From contig NZ_JABEZU010000001.1 of NCBI RefSeq assembly GCF_013149785.1, positions 248,001-312,000 on the forward strand: DNA of 64,000 bases, written 5' to 3'. Positions 39,100-49,814 of the stretch are shown here, piece by piece. Each line of letters starts with the position of its first letter. Position 1 is the first letter of the stretch. Origin of the DNA: Isoptericola halotolerans. Lineage in GTDB: Bacteria; Actinomycetota; Actinomycetes; Actinomycetales; Cellulomonadaceae. The notes under the pieces are model-generated. The model was not told where the DNA came from, ran no database searches, and was given only the letters and a program-made list of their open reading frames with translations. Made by a program: the position numbers and the translations under genes.

Positions 39100-39753
39100 T
39101 CACTGCGGCTCTCGAGGGTGGATCACCGCGCGCTGCTCGGGGAAGGTCCACCCGAAGAAGACGCTGCCGAGGCGCACGAGGGTGGTCACCGCGACACAGA
39201 CGACACCCGCGACCACGATGGGTGCGCCGAGGAGAAGGAGCACGACGAGAGAGACGACGCCGGCCCCGGCTGCGACGGCATAGAGGGTACCGACGTGGAG
39301 GAAGGAGATCGGGCGGTTCAGGATGAGGTCACGGAGCATCCCACCCCCGATCGCGCCGATGACGCCGACGAACAGGGCGCCGGTGGGACCGACGCCCAGG
39401 GCCAGTGCTTTCGAGGCGGCGATCGCGCCGAAGACGCCCATGACGATCGCGTCGAGCACGGTGAACACGCCATCCGCTCGCGTGAAGAGAGGTTGCAGCA
39501 GCATGCCGAGGACGGCGGCCGCGGCAGCAGCCACCAGGTACCAGTTCATCCAGATCACGACCGGTGGCTGATTCAGCACGATGTCACGCAGGAGGCTTCC
39601 ACCGAGCGCGACGGTGAGTCCGAGGGTGATGACGCCGAGCACGTCGAGACGGCGCCGCCTCTCTCCCGCCGCGAACATCGCGCCGTGGATGCCTCCGAGG
39701 CTCGCGGCGAAGAGCTCGATCCACAGGGACACCTGGAAGGTGGTGGTGATCAT
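39100..39753 (-). CDS. Trimeric intracellular cation channel / UPF0126 (glycine transporter-like) membrane protein
   Basis: Duplicated GG..LRD..LN.P repeats. Confidence 0.85.
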   Translation of the reverse strand: MITTTFQVSLWIELFAASLGGIHGAMFAAGERRRRLDVLGVITLGLTVALGGSLLRDIVLNQPPVVIWMNWYLVAAAAAAVLGMLLQPLFTRADGVFTVLDAIVMGVFGAIAASKALALGVGPTGALFVGVIGAIGGGMLRDLILNRPISFLHVGTLYAVAAGAGVVSLVVLLLLGAPIVVAGVVCVAVTTLVRLGSVFFGWTFPEQRAVIHPREPQ

Positions 39754-39828
39754 GCTGCTGGCCTCCCGGGTTCGGGGGCCGGTCCGCACGCGTCGTGCGG
39801 ACCGGCCCCGACGGTGATGTCGCGGAGC

Positions 39829-40143
39829 TCAGCCCGCGACGCGCACCGCGTTCTTCGCGGCGGTGGCGATCACGTCCGCCACGACGTCGGACCGCGTCAT
39901 GAACACGGCGTGGCTCGCCGAGACGTTCGTGATCTCGGCACCGGCCCGGGTGGCCATGTGCTGCAGCATCGCCTGGTCGAACGACATGTCCTCCGTGGCG
40001 ATGACCGCCCAGGCGGGCTTGTCGCGCCAGGCCGCGTGCTTCACCGCCACCCCGAAGGCAGACATGTTGATCGGCACCTGCGAGTCGCGCAGGAACGCGG
40101 CGTCCGCGTCGGTGGCGTCTGCGGCGAACCCGATCTTGAACAT
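39829..40143 (-). pseudogene. C-terminal fragment of an alpha/beta hydrolase
   Basis: FAAD...SQVP...AAWRDKP.W.V.ATED...MA.RAGA....ASHAVF matches the C-terminal half of Abhydrolase_6 proteins. No GxSxG-containing N-terminus is visible upstream. Confidence 0.6.
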
Positions 40144-40338
40144 GGGGTCGAGCCCGGCGAGGGTTCGATCCCTCAGGATCAGGTGTGAGCCGAGCTGTTG
40201 TGAGGTTCGCGCACGGGCACCTGAACACCTCGGGCACGCGTCCGCATCGGCGGGTCCTGCGCGATCCGTGTCCTGGAGGATTCCCACAAAGTGCGGGAGC
40301 GAGTCTTGGGCGGCGCGCCGACAGACCTGACCGGGAGC

Positions 40339-40379
40339 GTCAACCTACGCTGGCGTAGGCTACGTGACCGTAGGTTGAC
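40339..40379. promoter_or_regulatory. Double CTACG-N4-CGTAG palindrome upstream of the 2-oxoacid dehydrogenase operon
   Basis: GTCAACCTACG-CTGG-CGTAGG-CTACG-TGAC-CGTAGGTTGAC; outer 11-bp perfect inverted repeat. Confidence 0.65.
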
Positions 40380-40413
40380 CCGGTACGGGCCGCCACCGAG
40401 AGGAGACCGCGAG

Positions 40414-41565
40414 ATGCTCAACGCCCCTGAAGGGTCCGACGGCGCATCCGCCGAGGGCGTGCCGTTCGTCCAGCTCGTCGGCCCCGACGGCCGCCGGACC
40501 GAGGGTGCGCAGGACGCCGCCTATCGCGACCGCACGGCCCACCTCGGCACCGAGGAGCTGCGCACGATGTACCGCGACATGGTGCTCACCCGCCGGTTCG
40601 ACGACGAGTCCACCGCCCTGCAGCGGCAGGGCGAGCTCGGCCTGTACCCCCAGGGACGCGGCCAGGAGGCGGCTCAGGTCGGCTCGGCGCGCGCCCTGCG
40701 TCCGCAGGACTTCGTGTTCCCCTCCTACCGCGAGCACGGCGTGCTGCAGGTGCGCGGCGTCGACCCCGTGGACCGGCTGCGCATCTACCGCGGCACCGAG
40801 CACGGCGGCTGGGACCCGGCCGACCACCGCGTCCACCTGAACACCCTCGTCCTCGGGTCGCAGACCCTGCATGCCACCGGCTACGCGCTGGGCCTGCAGC
40901 GCGACGGGCTCGTCGGCACCGGTGACCCGGAGCGCGACACCGCCGTCGTCACCTACTTCGGCGACGGGGCGTCCAGCCAGGGCGACGTCAGCGAGGCGCT
41001 CGTGTTCGCGGCCGTGAACAACGCCCCGGTGGTGTTCTTCTGCCAGAACAACCAGTGGGCGATCTCCGAGCCCACCTCGCGCCAGACCCGGGTGCCGCTG
41101 TACAAGCGCGGCGAGGGCTTCGGCATCCCGGGCGTGCGCGTCGACGGCAACGACGTCCTGGCGTCCTACGCCGTCATGACGGAAGCGCTGGAGCGCGCCT
41201 ACGCCGGCGGCGGTCCCACCTTCGTCGAGGCCTACACCTACCGGATGGGTGCGCACACGACGTCGGACGACCCGACGCGCTACCGCGAGCGCGCCGAGGA
41301 GGAGGAGTGGGCGCTGCGCGACCCGATCGACCGCCTCGCCGCGCTGCTGCGTGCCGAGGACCGGTGGGACGACGACTGGGCGGCCGGGGTCGCGGCCGAC
41401 GCCGAGACGCTGGCCGAGCGGCTGCGCGCCGACGTCCGCTCGATCGAGGACCCGCCGTCCGTCTCGATGTTCGACCATGTCTACGCGACGCCGCAGGCCC
41501 AGGTGGAGACCGAGCGTGCGTGGTTCACGACCTACCAGGACGAGACCGCGGAGGCCGCCCGATGA
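40414..41565 (+). CDS. pdhA: Pyruvate/branched-chain 2-oxoacid dehydrogenase E1 alpha
   Basis: [29 protein letters not shown] and HTTSDDP motifs. Confidence 0.9.
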   Translation: MLNAPEGSDGASAEGVPFVQLVGPDGRRTEGAQDAAYRDRTAHLGTEELRTMYRDMVLTRRFDDESTALQRQGELGLYPQGRGQEAAQVGSARALRPQDFVFPSYREHGVLQVRGVDPVDRLRIYRGTEHGGWDPADHRVHLNTLVLGSQTLHATGYALGLQRDGLVGTGDPERDTAVVTYFGDGASSQGDVSEALVFAAVNNAPVVFFCQNNQWAISEPTSRQTRVPLYKRGEGFGIPGVRVDGNDVLASYAVMTEALERAYAGGGPTFVEAYTYRMGAHTTSDDPTRYRERAEEEEWALRDPIDRLAALLRAEDRWDDDWAAGVAADAETLAERLRADVRSIEDPPSVSMFDHVYATPQAQVETERAWFTTYQDETAEAAR

Positions 41566-42566
41566 GCACGCAGACGATGCCTTTCGCGAAGGCCCTCACC
41601 GCGGGACTGCGTGCCGCGCTGGACGCGGACGACAAGGCCCTGGTCATGGGGGAGGACGTCGGACGTCTCGGCGGCGTCTTCCGCATCACCGACGGGCTGC
41701 AGAAGGACTTCGGCGAGCACCGGGTCGTGGACACTCCGCTGGCGGAGTCCGGGATCGTGGGCACGGCGATCGGCCTGGCGATGCGCGGCTACCGCCCGAT
41801 CTGCGAGATCCAGTTCGACGGGTTCGTCTTCCCGGCCTACGACCAGATCACCACCCAGCTCGCCAAGCTGCACTACCGCTCCCGCGGCCGTATCCAGGTG
41901 CCCGTGGTCGTCCGGATCCCCTACGGCGGGGGCATCGGGGCCATCGAGCACCACTCCGAGTCGCCCGAGGCGCTCTTCGCCCACACCCCCGGGCTGCGCG
42001 TCGTCTCGCCCGCGACGCCGCAGGACGCCTACGACATGATCCGCGCCGCCGTCGTGTCCCCGGACCCGGTGATCTTCTTCGAGCCCAAGGGCCGGTACTG
42101 GTCCAAGGGCGAGGTGGACCTGGACAGCCCCGTCCCGTCGCTCGACGGCGGTGGCCCGGACCCGCTGGGCACCGCCCGCATCGCTCGCACCGGCACCGAC
42201 GTCACCCTCGTCGCCTACGGCCCGACCGTCGCCACGGCACTGTCGGCCGCGGACGCCCTGGCCGCCGAGGGCACCAGCGCCGAGGTCGTGGACCTGCGCT
42301 CGATCTCCCCGCTGGACGTGCCGACGGTCGTCGACTCGGTGCGCCGCACCGGCCGTTGCGTCGTCGTGCACGAGGCACCCACGTACTTCGGGCCCGGTGC
42401 CGAGCTCGCCGCCCGGGTGACCGAGGAGTGCTTCTACTCGCTCGAGGCACCCGTGCAGCGCGTCGGTGGTTTCCACACCCCGTACCCCGTGGCGAAGGTC
42501 GAGCACGACTACCTGCCGGACGTCGACCGCGTCTGCGACGCCGTCGACCGCGCCCTGTCCCACTGA
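41562..42566 (+). CDS. pdhB: 2-oxoacid dehydrogenase E1 beta
   Basis: [26 protein letters not shown] and EHHSESPE motifs. Confidence 0.92.
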   Translation: MSTQTMPFAKALTAGLRAALDADDKALVMGEDVGRLGGVFRITDGLQKDFGEHRVVDTPLAESGIVGTAIGLAMRGYRPICEIQFDGFVFPAYDQITTQLAKLHYRSRGRIQVPVVVRIPYGGGIGAIEHHSESPEALFAHTPGLRVVSPATPQDAYDMIRAAVVSPDPVIFFEPKGRYWSKGEVDLDSPVPSLDGGGPDPLGTARIARTGTDVTLVAYGPTVATALSAADALAAEGTSAEVVDLRSISPLDVPTVVDSVRRTGRCVVVHEAPTYFGPGAELAARVTEECFYSLEAPVQRVGGFHTPYPVAKVEHDYLPDVDRVCDAVDRALSH

Positions 42567-42589
42567 GCCGGCCGAGAACGAGGAGCACG

Positions 42590-44050
42590 ATGAGCAACCA
42601 GCGCTTCCCCCTCCCGGACGTGGGCGAGGGACTGACCGAGGCCGAGATCGTCGAGTGGAAGGTCGCCGTCGGCGACACCGTCGCGGTCAACGACGTCCTC
42701 GTCGAGATCGAGACCGCCAAGTCCCTCGTCGAGCTGCCGTCCCCGTTCGCCGGGACCGTCGTGGCCCTCCTCGCGGAGGAGGGCACCACCGTCGACGTCG
42801 GCACGCCGATCATCGAGGTCGGGTCGGCGGACGCGGTCGCGAGCCCGCCGTCGGGAGCCGCAGCACCGGCGTCCGACGCAGCGACGCCGGCCGGGGCCGA
42901 GGGCTCCGGGTCGGTGCTGGTCGGCTACGGCACGGCCGCTGCTGCCGGTGGTGCGCGCCGTCGTCGGCGCTCCGCGGCCTCCGCGCCCGCTGCGGCGGCC
43001 CCGGCCTCCGCGCCCGCCCCGGTGCCCGCACCCGTTCCGGCCGCACCGGAGAAGCAGCCCGGGATCGCCAAGCCGATGGTGAGCGTCCCGGCCGACGTCG
43101 GCGCGAGCGGCGCCGCGCCGTCGGGCACGACGCCGGCGACCCGTGTCCGGGTGCTCGCCAAGCCACCGGTGCGCAAGCTCGCCAATGACCTCGGGGTCGA
43201 CCTGGCTTCCGTGCAGCCGACCGGCCCCGGGGGGATCGTCACCCGCGAGGACGTCGTGGCCCGCGCGGACGCCGCCGCTCCGCAGGCGCTGGCGACCTAC
43301 CCCGACGACGACCAGCCCTGGCTCGCCTCGGGATCGGTGACGAACGACGGGCGCCAGACGCGCGTCCCGGTCAAGTCCGTGCGCAAGCGGACCGCCGAGG
43401 CCATGGTGGCCAGCGCGTTCACCGCCCCCCATGTCACCGTCTTCCGCACGGTCGACGTCACCAAGACGATGAAGCTCGTCGAGCGGCTCAAGGCGGACCG
43501 GGACTTCGCCGACGTGCGGGTCACACCGCTGCTGATCGCCGCCAAGGCCGTGCTGCTCGCCATCAAGCGCCACCCGGAGATCAACGCGAGCTGGGACGAC
43601 GAGGCCCGCGAGATCGTCTACAAGCACTACGTGAACCTGGGGATCGCCGCGGCGACACCGCGCGGGCTCGTCGTGCCGAACGTCAAGGACGCCCACCGTC
43701 ACGAGCTGCTGCCGCTCGCCCAGGCGCTCGGGGAGCTGACGGCCACCGCCCGGGCGGGGCGCACCAGCCCCGCGGACATGTCCGACGGGACGTTCACGAT
43801 CACGAACGTGGGCGTCTTCGGCATCGACACGGGCACGCCGATCCTCAACCCGGGCGAGGCCGGGATCTTCGCGTTCGGGGCGATCCGGCAGCAGCCGTGG
43901 GTGCACCAGGGCAAGGTCAAGCCGCGCTGGGTGACCCAGCTCGCGCTGAGCTTCGACCACCGGCTGGTCGACGGCGAGCTCGGGTCGCGGTTCCTGTCCG
44001 ACGTCGCCCGGGTGCTGGAGGACCCCGCCCGCGGGCTCGTCTGGGGCTGA
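42590..44050 (+). CDS. pdhC: Dihydrolipoamide acyltransferase E2
   Basis: Lipoyl domain EIETAKS, AP-rich linker, AKPPVRKLA and FDHRLVDG motifs. Confidence 0.92.
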   Translation: MSNQRFPLPDVGEGLTEAEIVEWKVAVGDTVAVNDVLVEIETAKSLVELPSPFAGTVVALLAEEGTTVDVGTPIIEVGSADAVASPPSGAAAPASDAATPAGAEGSGSVLVGYGTAAAAGGARRRRRSAASAPAAAAPASAPAPVPAPVPAAPEKQPGIAKPMVSVPADVGASGAAPSGTTPATRVRVLAKPPVRKLANDLGVDLASVQPTGPGGIVTREDVVARADAAAPQALATYPDDDQPWLASGSVTNDGRQTRVPVKSVRKRTAEAMVASAFTAPHVTVFRTVDVTKTMKLVERLKADRDFADVRVTPLLIAAKAVLLAIKRHPEINASWDDEAREIVYKHYVNLGIAAATPRGLVVPNVKDAHRHELLPLAQALGELTATARAGRTSPADMSDGTFTITNVGVFGIDTGTPILNPGEAGIFAFGAIRQQPWVHQGKVKPRWVTQLALSFDHRLVDGELGSRFLSDVARVLEDPARGLVWG

Positions 44051-44092
44051 CGCACGCCGGCGGGTGCCGCCAGGAGAGCTACCGGCAGGGAG

Positions 44093-45124
44093 CTACCAGT
44101 TCCGCGGGAGGGAACCGGGGCCCTCGCCCTCGTCGCCGTCGCCGTCCCCACCGGTCGAACCGTCGGTGTCCTCGCCGACGTCCTCCTCGGTGTCCCCGTC
44201 GTCGCCCGTGCCGCCGAGCTCACGCGCCTCCGCCTCGTCCATCTCGACGTCGCGGGCCGCCTGCTCGTTGCGCTCGCCGAGCGACTCCTGGCGCTGCGCC
44301 TCCGCCTCCTCGGGGGTGGCAGGCTCCGGCTCGGGTTCCGGGGCGCCCTGGTTCTCGGTCTGCGCGTCGTGCGCCTGCTGCTCCTTCTCCTGCGCCCGCT
44401 CCTGCGCCTCGGTGGCGTCCTGCGTCTGCGACGAGTCGGCGCAGTCCGGCAGGGACCGGACCCGTTGGGTCCGGCCGTAGTCGTACTCCGCGAGCCAGTA
44501 GTTCGTGTCGGCCTGCTCGCGCAGGTCCTCGGGGTCGCGCTCGTCGCCGTACTCGCCGTAGGGGTCGATGACCTCTTCGTCGTACGGCTTGCCCGCGTCG
44601 CGCTTGGCGATCTCCGCGGCGACCGCCTCCGACTCCTCGGCGAGCTCGTCGCCGCGCTCGAGCCAGGTGTCGCCGCTGATCTCGAGCGCAGCCGCCCAGT
44701 TCGTGACGATCGCGCAGCGCACCTCGGCGGACTGGTCCTCGGCGCCGGCATAGGCGGCCTCGAGACGGTCGGCGCCCTCCCCGGCGAGCCAGCCGCGCTC
44801 GTCCGCCACCGCCTGGGCGGCCAGCGACGTGCCCAGGTTGTAGTCGGCACGCCACTGCTGCGGCACGATGCCCTCCGCCTGCGCGCGGAAGCGGTCGGAC
44901 GCCGTCTCCAGGTCGCCGGACGTGTAGTCGCGCACACCCCAGGAGGAGACCAGCGGCGCGAACGTCAGCTGCAGGCCCGTCGTGAGCCCGAGGAGCGCCA
45001 CGAACCCGGTCGGGACCCACAGCCAGCGTCGACGACGGCGCGGTCGGCCGTCGCCCGCCGCGCCACCGGGCGGCTTGCGGGACCGTGCCCACCGGGGGAC
45101 CTCCTGCGACCCGACGCCGCTCAT
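44093..45124 (-). CDS. Membrane-anchored TPR-like protein with acidic tail (BatC-like)
   Basis: One TM, YNLGT TPR-like segment, E/D/Q-rich tail ending in Trp (PRNW). ATGA-coupled to the vWA gene. Confidence 0.6.
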   Translation of the reverse strand: MSGVGSQEVPRWARSRKPPGGAAGDGRPRRRRRWLWVPTGFVALLGLTTGLQLTFAPLVSSWGVRDYTSGDLETASDRFRAQAEGIVPQQWRADYNLGTSLAAQAVADERGWLAGEGADRLEAAYAGAEDQSAEVRCAIVTNWAAALEISGDTWLERGDELAEESEAVAAEIAKRDAGKPYDEEVIDPYGEYGDERDPEDLREQADTNYWLAEYDYGRTQRVRSLPDCADSSQTQDATEAQERAQEKEQQAHDAQTENQGAPEPEPEPATPEEAEAQRQESLGERNEQAARDVEMDEAEARELGGTGDDGDTEEDVGEDTDGSTGGDGDGDEGEGPGSLPRNW

Positions 45125-46128
45125 CGTGCCGCCCCCGTCCGTCGTCGTGCCGGCACGGTCCGGGCGACCGCCCGGGACCAGGCGCCGGCCTCCCCGGCGA
45201 GCAGCGCACCGAGCACGAGCGCCAGCGGCCAGACGACGGGGCGGTACGTCGTCACCTCGCGGCGTCCGTCCGCGGCCACCTGGGCCGGGTCGATCCCGTC
45301 GACGAGCGCGGCGACGTCGTCGGGCCCCGTGCGGTGCACGTACGGCAGGCCGAGCTCGTCGGCCAGCGCCTGCAGGGTCGTGGGGTCGGCGACGGAGAGC
45401 CCGTCCCCGCCCGCCGGGTCCTGGATGTACCCGGGGCCGACGCCCGCCGGGGTGCTCTCCAGCATGCGACCTCCGTCGGTGGTGCCGTACCCGAGCACGG
45501 CGCCGGCGTCGATCAGCGGTGCGAGGTCGGCGAACGAGCGGGGCTCACCGCCTGCCGTCTGCTCGCCGTCGGTGAGGAAGTACACCACCCGCATGTTCGC
45601 CGGGTTCTGCTCGCGCGAACCCTCGAGCGCCGCGGCGAGGTCGTCCAGCGGGCGGTCCACGAGGGAACCCTGGGAGAAGTCGGTCAGCTCGTGCGTCACC
45701 GACTGCGCCCAGGACCCGAGCGCCCCACGGTCCCAGGTCAGGGGCAGCTGCCGGGTCGCCTGGGAGTCGTAGGCGATCACGGCGAAGCGGCCGTCACCGA
45801 CCGACTCCGCGAGGGCCGTCACGTCGTGACGGACCCCGTCCAGGCGCGGGGCGTCCTGCTCGGGTCCCCAGTCCTCGGCGGCCATCGACCCCGTCCGGTC
45901 CACGACGAAGTACACGTCGACCGCCGCCACGGTGGTGTCCAGGCTGGAGGTGGCCGTCGACGGGCCGGCGCCCATCAGCCCGACGACGGCGACGATCGCC
46001 GTGCGTCGGACCCACCCGAGACGCTCGGCGGCCGACGTCGAACGCACCAGCGCGGTGATCGTGACGGCCGCCAGCAGCGCGACGACGGGGACCAGCAGCC
46101 AGGCGCTGACCAGCGGGGCGAACGTCAT
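45121..46128 (-). CDS. vWA-domain membrane protein (BatB-like)
   Basis: MIDAS DRTGSM, LTDGE and GYGTTDGG motifs. Confidence 0.85.
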   Translation of the reverse strand: MTFAPLVSAWLLVPVVALLAAVTITALVRSTSAAERLGWVRRTAIVAVVGLMGAGPSTATSSLDTTVAAVDVYFVVDRTGSMAAEDWGPEQDAPRLDGVRHDVTALAESVGDGRFAVIAYDSQATRQLPLTWDRGALGSWAQSVTHELTDFSQGSLVDRPLDDLAAALEGSREQNPANMRVVYFLTDGEQTAGGEPRSFADLAPLIDAGAVLGYGTTDGGRMLESTPAGVGPGYIQDPAGGDGLSVADPTTLQALADELGLPYVHRTGPDDVAALVDGIDPAQVAADGRREVTTYRPVVWPLALVLGALLAGEAGAWSRAVARTVPARRRTGAAR

Positions 46129-47177
46129 GGGCGCACCCTCCAGGCGGCAAGGACGAGCATCCCCGTGCCGAGCAGCAGGACGGCGTACCACCGGCCGGGC
46201 ACGTCGGTCAGGACGGACTCGGCGTCGGCGTCCAGCGCGACCGCCTGCTGGGCCTGCACGTCCGCCACCAGCGCTTCCACGGCGCCGGGGTCGTCGAGCG
46301 TGAAGTACAGGCCGTCGTGCGCGCCGACCACCGCGCGGTAGTCGGACTCCTCGGCACCTCCGACACGGTCCGCGGGGCCGCCGTACAGGCCGTAGAGGGT
46401 GATGTCCCGCGAGGCCACCAGCTCGGCGGCCTCGCCCAGCGAGTAGACGGGGTCCTCACCGACGAAGTTGTCGGTGGCCAGCAGGATCGAGCGCGACCGC
46501 TCGGTGCCGTGCTCGTCGAACTGCAGCGCGCAGGTGGCCAGGCCGTCGCCGATCAGGCTGGAGTCCTCCAGGGAGGTGGTCCCCGCGGTGAACGTCAGGA
46601 GGTCCTGCACCTGGGCGAGCTCGCGGTCGGACATCTCCTCGAGGGTCTTGCTGCCGAGCCGCTCCGTGTCGAGCCCGACGGCCTCCGCACCCGCGGCGAG
46701 CTGCTCGCCCACCAGGGTGTAGTCGTCGGTGAGCGGGAAGACCGTGCGGGCCGTGGAGTCGAAGACCACCAGCGCGATGCGCTCCCCGGCGAAGTGCTCG
46801 GTGAGATCGGCGTACAGGGACAGCACGGCGGCGTCGTACGGGAGCATCGACCCCGACACGTCCAGGCACAGCACGATGTCCCGCGTGGCGAGGCGCTCGC
46901 TGGTCACCTCCCGCTCCACGGGGCGGGCGGCGAGCGCCGCCGTGGCGACCACGCACAGTCCGAGCACGAGCATGCCGGCGACCTGCCAGGCGCGATGACC
47001 GAGCAGCGCCCGGCGCACCTCGGGCAGCCGGAGCAGAGCGTCGGTGTGGGCGACGCGCAGCGAGTCCTGGGCGGGTCGACGACGTCGGGCCAGCAGCACG
47101 ACGAGCACCACCGTCAGCACGACGACGGCGGCGAGCGCGACGGCCACCCAGGGCCACAGCAGCATCCGGTCGGGCAC
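46125..47177 (-). CDS. vWA-domain membrane protein (BatA-like)
   Basis: RDIVLCLDVSGSM, PLTDDY, SLIGDGL and LATDN motifs. Confidence 0.85.
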   Translation of the reverse strand: MPDRMLLWPWVAVALAAVVVLTVVLVVLLARRRRPAQDSLRVAHTDALLRLPEVRRALLGHRAWQVAGMLVLGLCVVATAALAARPVEREVTSERLATRDIVLCLDVSGSMLPYDAAVLSLYADLTEHFAGERIALVVFDSTARTVFPLTDDYTLVGEQLAAGAEAVGLDTERLGSKTLEEMSDRELAQVQDLLTFTAGTTSLEDSSLIGDGLATCALQFDEHGTERSRSILLATDNFVGEDPVYSLGEAAELVASRDITLYGLYGGPADRVGGAEESDYRAVVGAHDGLYFTLDDPGAVEALVADVQAQQAVALDADAESVLTDVPGRWYAVLLLGTGMLVLAAWRVRP

Positions 47178-47178
47178 G

Positions 47179-47667
47179 TCACCACCTCCGGACGAACGAG
47201 CGGGCACGCTGCAGCGAGCGGTGCGGGCGGGCGATGCGCCGACCGTCGGGGCCGAAGGTCGGCTCGAGCAGCCGTTCCATCTCGCGGCCGAAGGTCTTGG
47301 TGCCGTGCAGGTCCCGCAGGTCCCCGACCGTCATCGTGGAGACGTCGTGCCCGGTCCGGACGGCGGCGAAGCGGCGCAGCTCCTGGCGCAGGGCGAGGTG
47401 CAGCGCGCGGTCGTCGATCTCGTCGTCCCGCCAGCGTCGGTCCAGGTCGTCGATGCGTCCCAGCGTGGCCGCGCGTGCCGCGGCGAACCGGTCGACGGGC
47501 TGCGCCTCGGGTGCAGGGGCCGGCGCCGCCGGTTCCGGCACGGGCGCGGGTCGGGTCAGCCGCACGGTCAGCACCACGACCGCGACGGTCAGCAGCAGGA
47601 CGGCGACGCCGACGAAGGTCCAGGGCCAGGCCCAGGGCAGGGGGTCGACCAGCTCGTCAGCGGGCAC
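47179..47667 (-). CDS. Single-TM hypothetical protein of the MoxR operon
   Basis: N-terminal TM followed by helical region (STMTVGDL); overlaps the DUF58 stop. Confidence 0.7.
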   Translation of the reverse strand: MPADELVDPLPWAWPWTFVGVAVLLLTVAVVVLTVRLTRPAPVPEPAAPAPAPEAQPVDRFAAARAATLGRIDDLDRRWRDDEIDDRALHLALRQELRRFAAVRTGHDVSTMTVGDLRDLHGTKTFGREMERLLEPTFGPDGRRIARPHRSLQRARSFVRRW

Positions 47668-48565
47668 GGCGCTCCCTCCGGGCCAGGGAGACCAGGCCGC
47701 CGACGACGTCGTCGGTCGAGGCGACCCGGACGCTGCGGACCTGGCGCCGGGCGAGCAGCGACTCCGTCTGCGCGCGGCGTCGGGCCGTCTCGCGGGCCGC
47801 GGCCTCGGCCGGGCGCCGCCGTCCGCGCAGGAACCGGGGCACCGACCAGCCGGAGGTGACGTCCACGACGTCGGAGCCGCGGCGTCCGCGCAGCATCCCG
47901 GGGAGCCGGGGGTCGAAGGGGTCGAGGTCCTCGACGGCCACGACCAGCACCTCGTGCTGCACGGCGAGCAGCTTCAGCAGGCGCTCGTGCTCCTGCCACG
48001 GCTGGGCCTCGTCGGTCACGAGGACGATCAGGCTGCGCCGGCGGAACGTGGACAGCGCTCGGCGCAGCAGCACCCCCAGGTCCGACGGCGGCGCGTCGGG
48101 CGACCACGTCGCCTCCAGCGCGCGCAGGGTCGCCTCGATCTCCCCGGCGCTCGCCCGGGCAGGCCGGTGGACGAGCCGCTCGGCGTCCCCGGCCAGCAGG
48201 GCCACCCGGTCGCCCCGGGAGGTGGCGAGGTAGGCGGTGACGGCGGCCGTGTAGTCCGCGACGGTGGACTTCTCCTCGCCGCCGGCGGCGGTGGCGGTCA
48301 TGGTGCGCCCGGTGTCGACCAGCAGCACGACCGTCAGGCTGGACTCGTGCGCGAACCGGCGGATGATCGGTGCACCGGCGCGGGCGCTGGCCTTCCAGTC
48401 GATGTCACCGACGTCGTCGCCGACCTCGTAGTGCCGCAGGTCGTCGAAGTCCTGGCCGTGACCCGTGAGCACCGAGCGGTGGCGGCCGGCGAGGATCCCG
48501 GTCGCGCGCCGGGTGACGGGCAGCGAGACGCGCGCGCGGACGAGCGCGAGCCGTGAGGCGGCCAC
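47657..48565 (-). CDS. DUF58 protein
   Basis: G.G.DFDDLRHY..GDDV..IDWKASAR and GDRV motifs. Confidence 0.9.
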   Translation of the reverse strand: MAASRLALVRARVSLPVTRRATGILAGRHRSVLTGHGQDFDDLRHYEVGDDVGDIDWKASARAGAPIIRRFAHESSLTVVLLVDTGRTMTATAAGGEEKSTVADYTAAVTAYLATSRGDRVALLAGDAERLVHRPARASAGEIEATLRALEATWSPDAPPSDLGVLLRRALSTFRRRSLIVLVTDEAQPWQEHERLLKLLAVQHEVLVVAVEDLDPFDPRLPGMLRGRRGSDVVDVTSGWSVPRFLRGRRRPAEAAARETARRRAQTESLLARRQVRSVRVASTDDVVGGLVSLARRERRAR

Positions 48566-48569
48566 GGCG

Positions 48570-49598
48570 TCAGGGGACGGGGACGGCGTCGAACACGGCG
48601 TCGACGAGCTGCTCGGCGGGGACGTCGTCCGCCAGGGCCTCGAAGCTGCGCACGAGACGGTGCCGCAGCACGGCGTAGCGGGTGTCCTTGACGTCGTCGG
48701 GGGTGACGTAGTCCCGGCCCTGGGCCAGCGCGCCGGCCTGCGCGAGCTGGACGAAGGCGATGGCACCACGCGGGGAGGCCCCGACCCGGACGAGCCGCCG
48801 CAGGTCCTCGACCGGGCGCGGCCCGGCACCGCGGGTCGTGGCGACGAGGTCGACGACGTACCGCTTGATCTCGGTGTCCACATAGACCTTGTCGGTCAGG
48901 GCGCGGAGCTCGCGGACGTCGTCGAGGCTGATCGGCCGGGCCGTCAACGGGGCCGTCATCCGGCCGGAGGTGATCCGCTCGAGGATCTCGACCTCCTGCT
49001 CGGCGGTGGGGTAGGTGAGCACCTCCTTGACCAGGAACCGGTCCATCTGGGCCTCGGGCAGCACGTAGGTGCCCTCCTCCTCGATGGGGTTCTGCGTGGC
49101 GAGGACCATGAAGGGGTCCGGCAGGGGGTGCTCGACGCCGCCGATCGAGGTCTGCCGCTCCTGCATGGCCTCGAGCATGGCGGACTGGGTCTTGGCCGAG
49201 GACCGGTTGATCTCGTCGAGCAGCACGAGGTTGGCGTGCACCGGTCCGAGCTGGGTGCTGAACGTGTTCGTGGTGTGGTCGAACACCTGGGTGCCCACGA
49301 TGTCGTTGGGCATGAGGTCCGGGGTGCACTGGATGCGGGCGAACTTCCCGGCCACCGCGTCCGCGAGGGTGTGGGCCGCCGTCGTCTTGGCGAGGCCGGG
49401 CACCGACTCCAGCAGCACGTGGCCCCCGGCCATCAGCGTGCGGACGAGCGTGGTCCGCAGCCGGTCCTGGCCGACCAGGCGCTGGTCGAAGACCTGGTCG
49501 ATCCGCGCCAGGAGGTCTCGTGACCGAGCGAGCTGGGAACGGTCGATGGCCGCCTGGGACGGCCGGCGCGTGAGCCAGTCCGCGATCGGGAGGGTCAT
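48570..49598 (-). CDS. moxR: MoxR-family AAA+ ATPase
   Basis: ESVPGLAKT, RIQCTPDLMP, LDEINR, ATQNPIE, PEAQMDRF, SPRG and RHR motifs. Confidence 0.92.
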   Translation of the reverse strand: MTLPIADWLTRRPSQAAIDRSQLARSRDLLARIDQVFDQRLVGQDRLRTTLVRTLMAGGHVLLESVPGLAKTTAAHTLADAVAGKFARIQCTPDLMPNDIVGTQVFDHTTNTFSTQLGPVHANLVLLDEINRSSAKTQSAMLEAMQERQTSIGGVEHPLPDPFMVLATQNPIEEEGTYVLPEAQMDRFLVKEVLTYPTAEQEVEILERITSGRMTAPLTARPISLDDVRELRALTDKVYVDTEIKRYVVDLVATTRGAGPRPVEDLRRLVRVGASPRGAIAFVQLAQAGALAQGRDYVTPDDVKDTRYAVLRHRLVRSFEALADDVPAEQLVDAVFDAVPVP

Positions 49599-49814
49599 GG
49601 CACGGCAGTCTAGAGGGATGACGTCGGCGTGGGCAGACCGTTCCTCTGCCCGGGACCGTCGCTCTCGGGGGCCCGTCTCGGGGGACGAGAAGCCTGCCGA
49701 CACGCGGGTGACCCGGGGCCGGAACCGAGCGTCCGCGTGCTCTACTGCAGGTGCCCCCAGCACGCCGGTCCGGCGCGGTGGGCACCCACTCCCTTCCGAA
49801 CCTGGAGATCCTTG

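Noticed and set aside
40159..40174. GAGGGTTCGATCCCTC, resembling a tRNA T-arm or att site
   Set aside because: The loop is one base short, no cloverleaf forms and no integrase is nearby.
42841..43140. Low-complexity Ala/Pro repeats in E2, and acidic tracts at 44100-44430 and 49900-50040
   Set aside because: These are ordinary flexible protein linkers, not DNA repeat elements.
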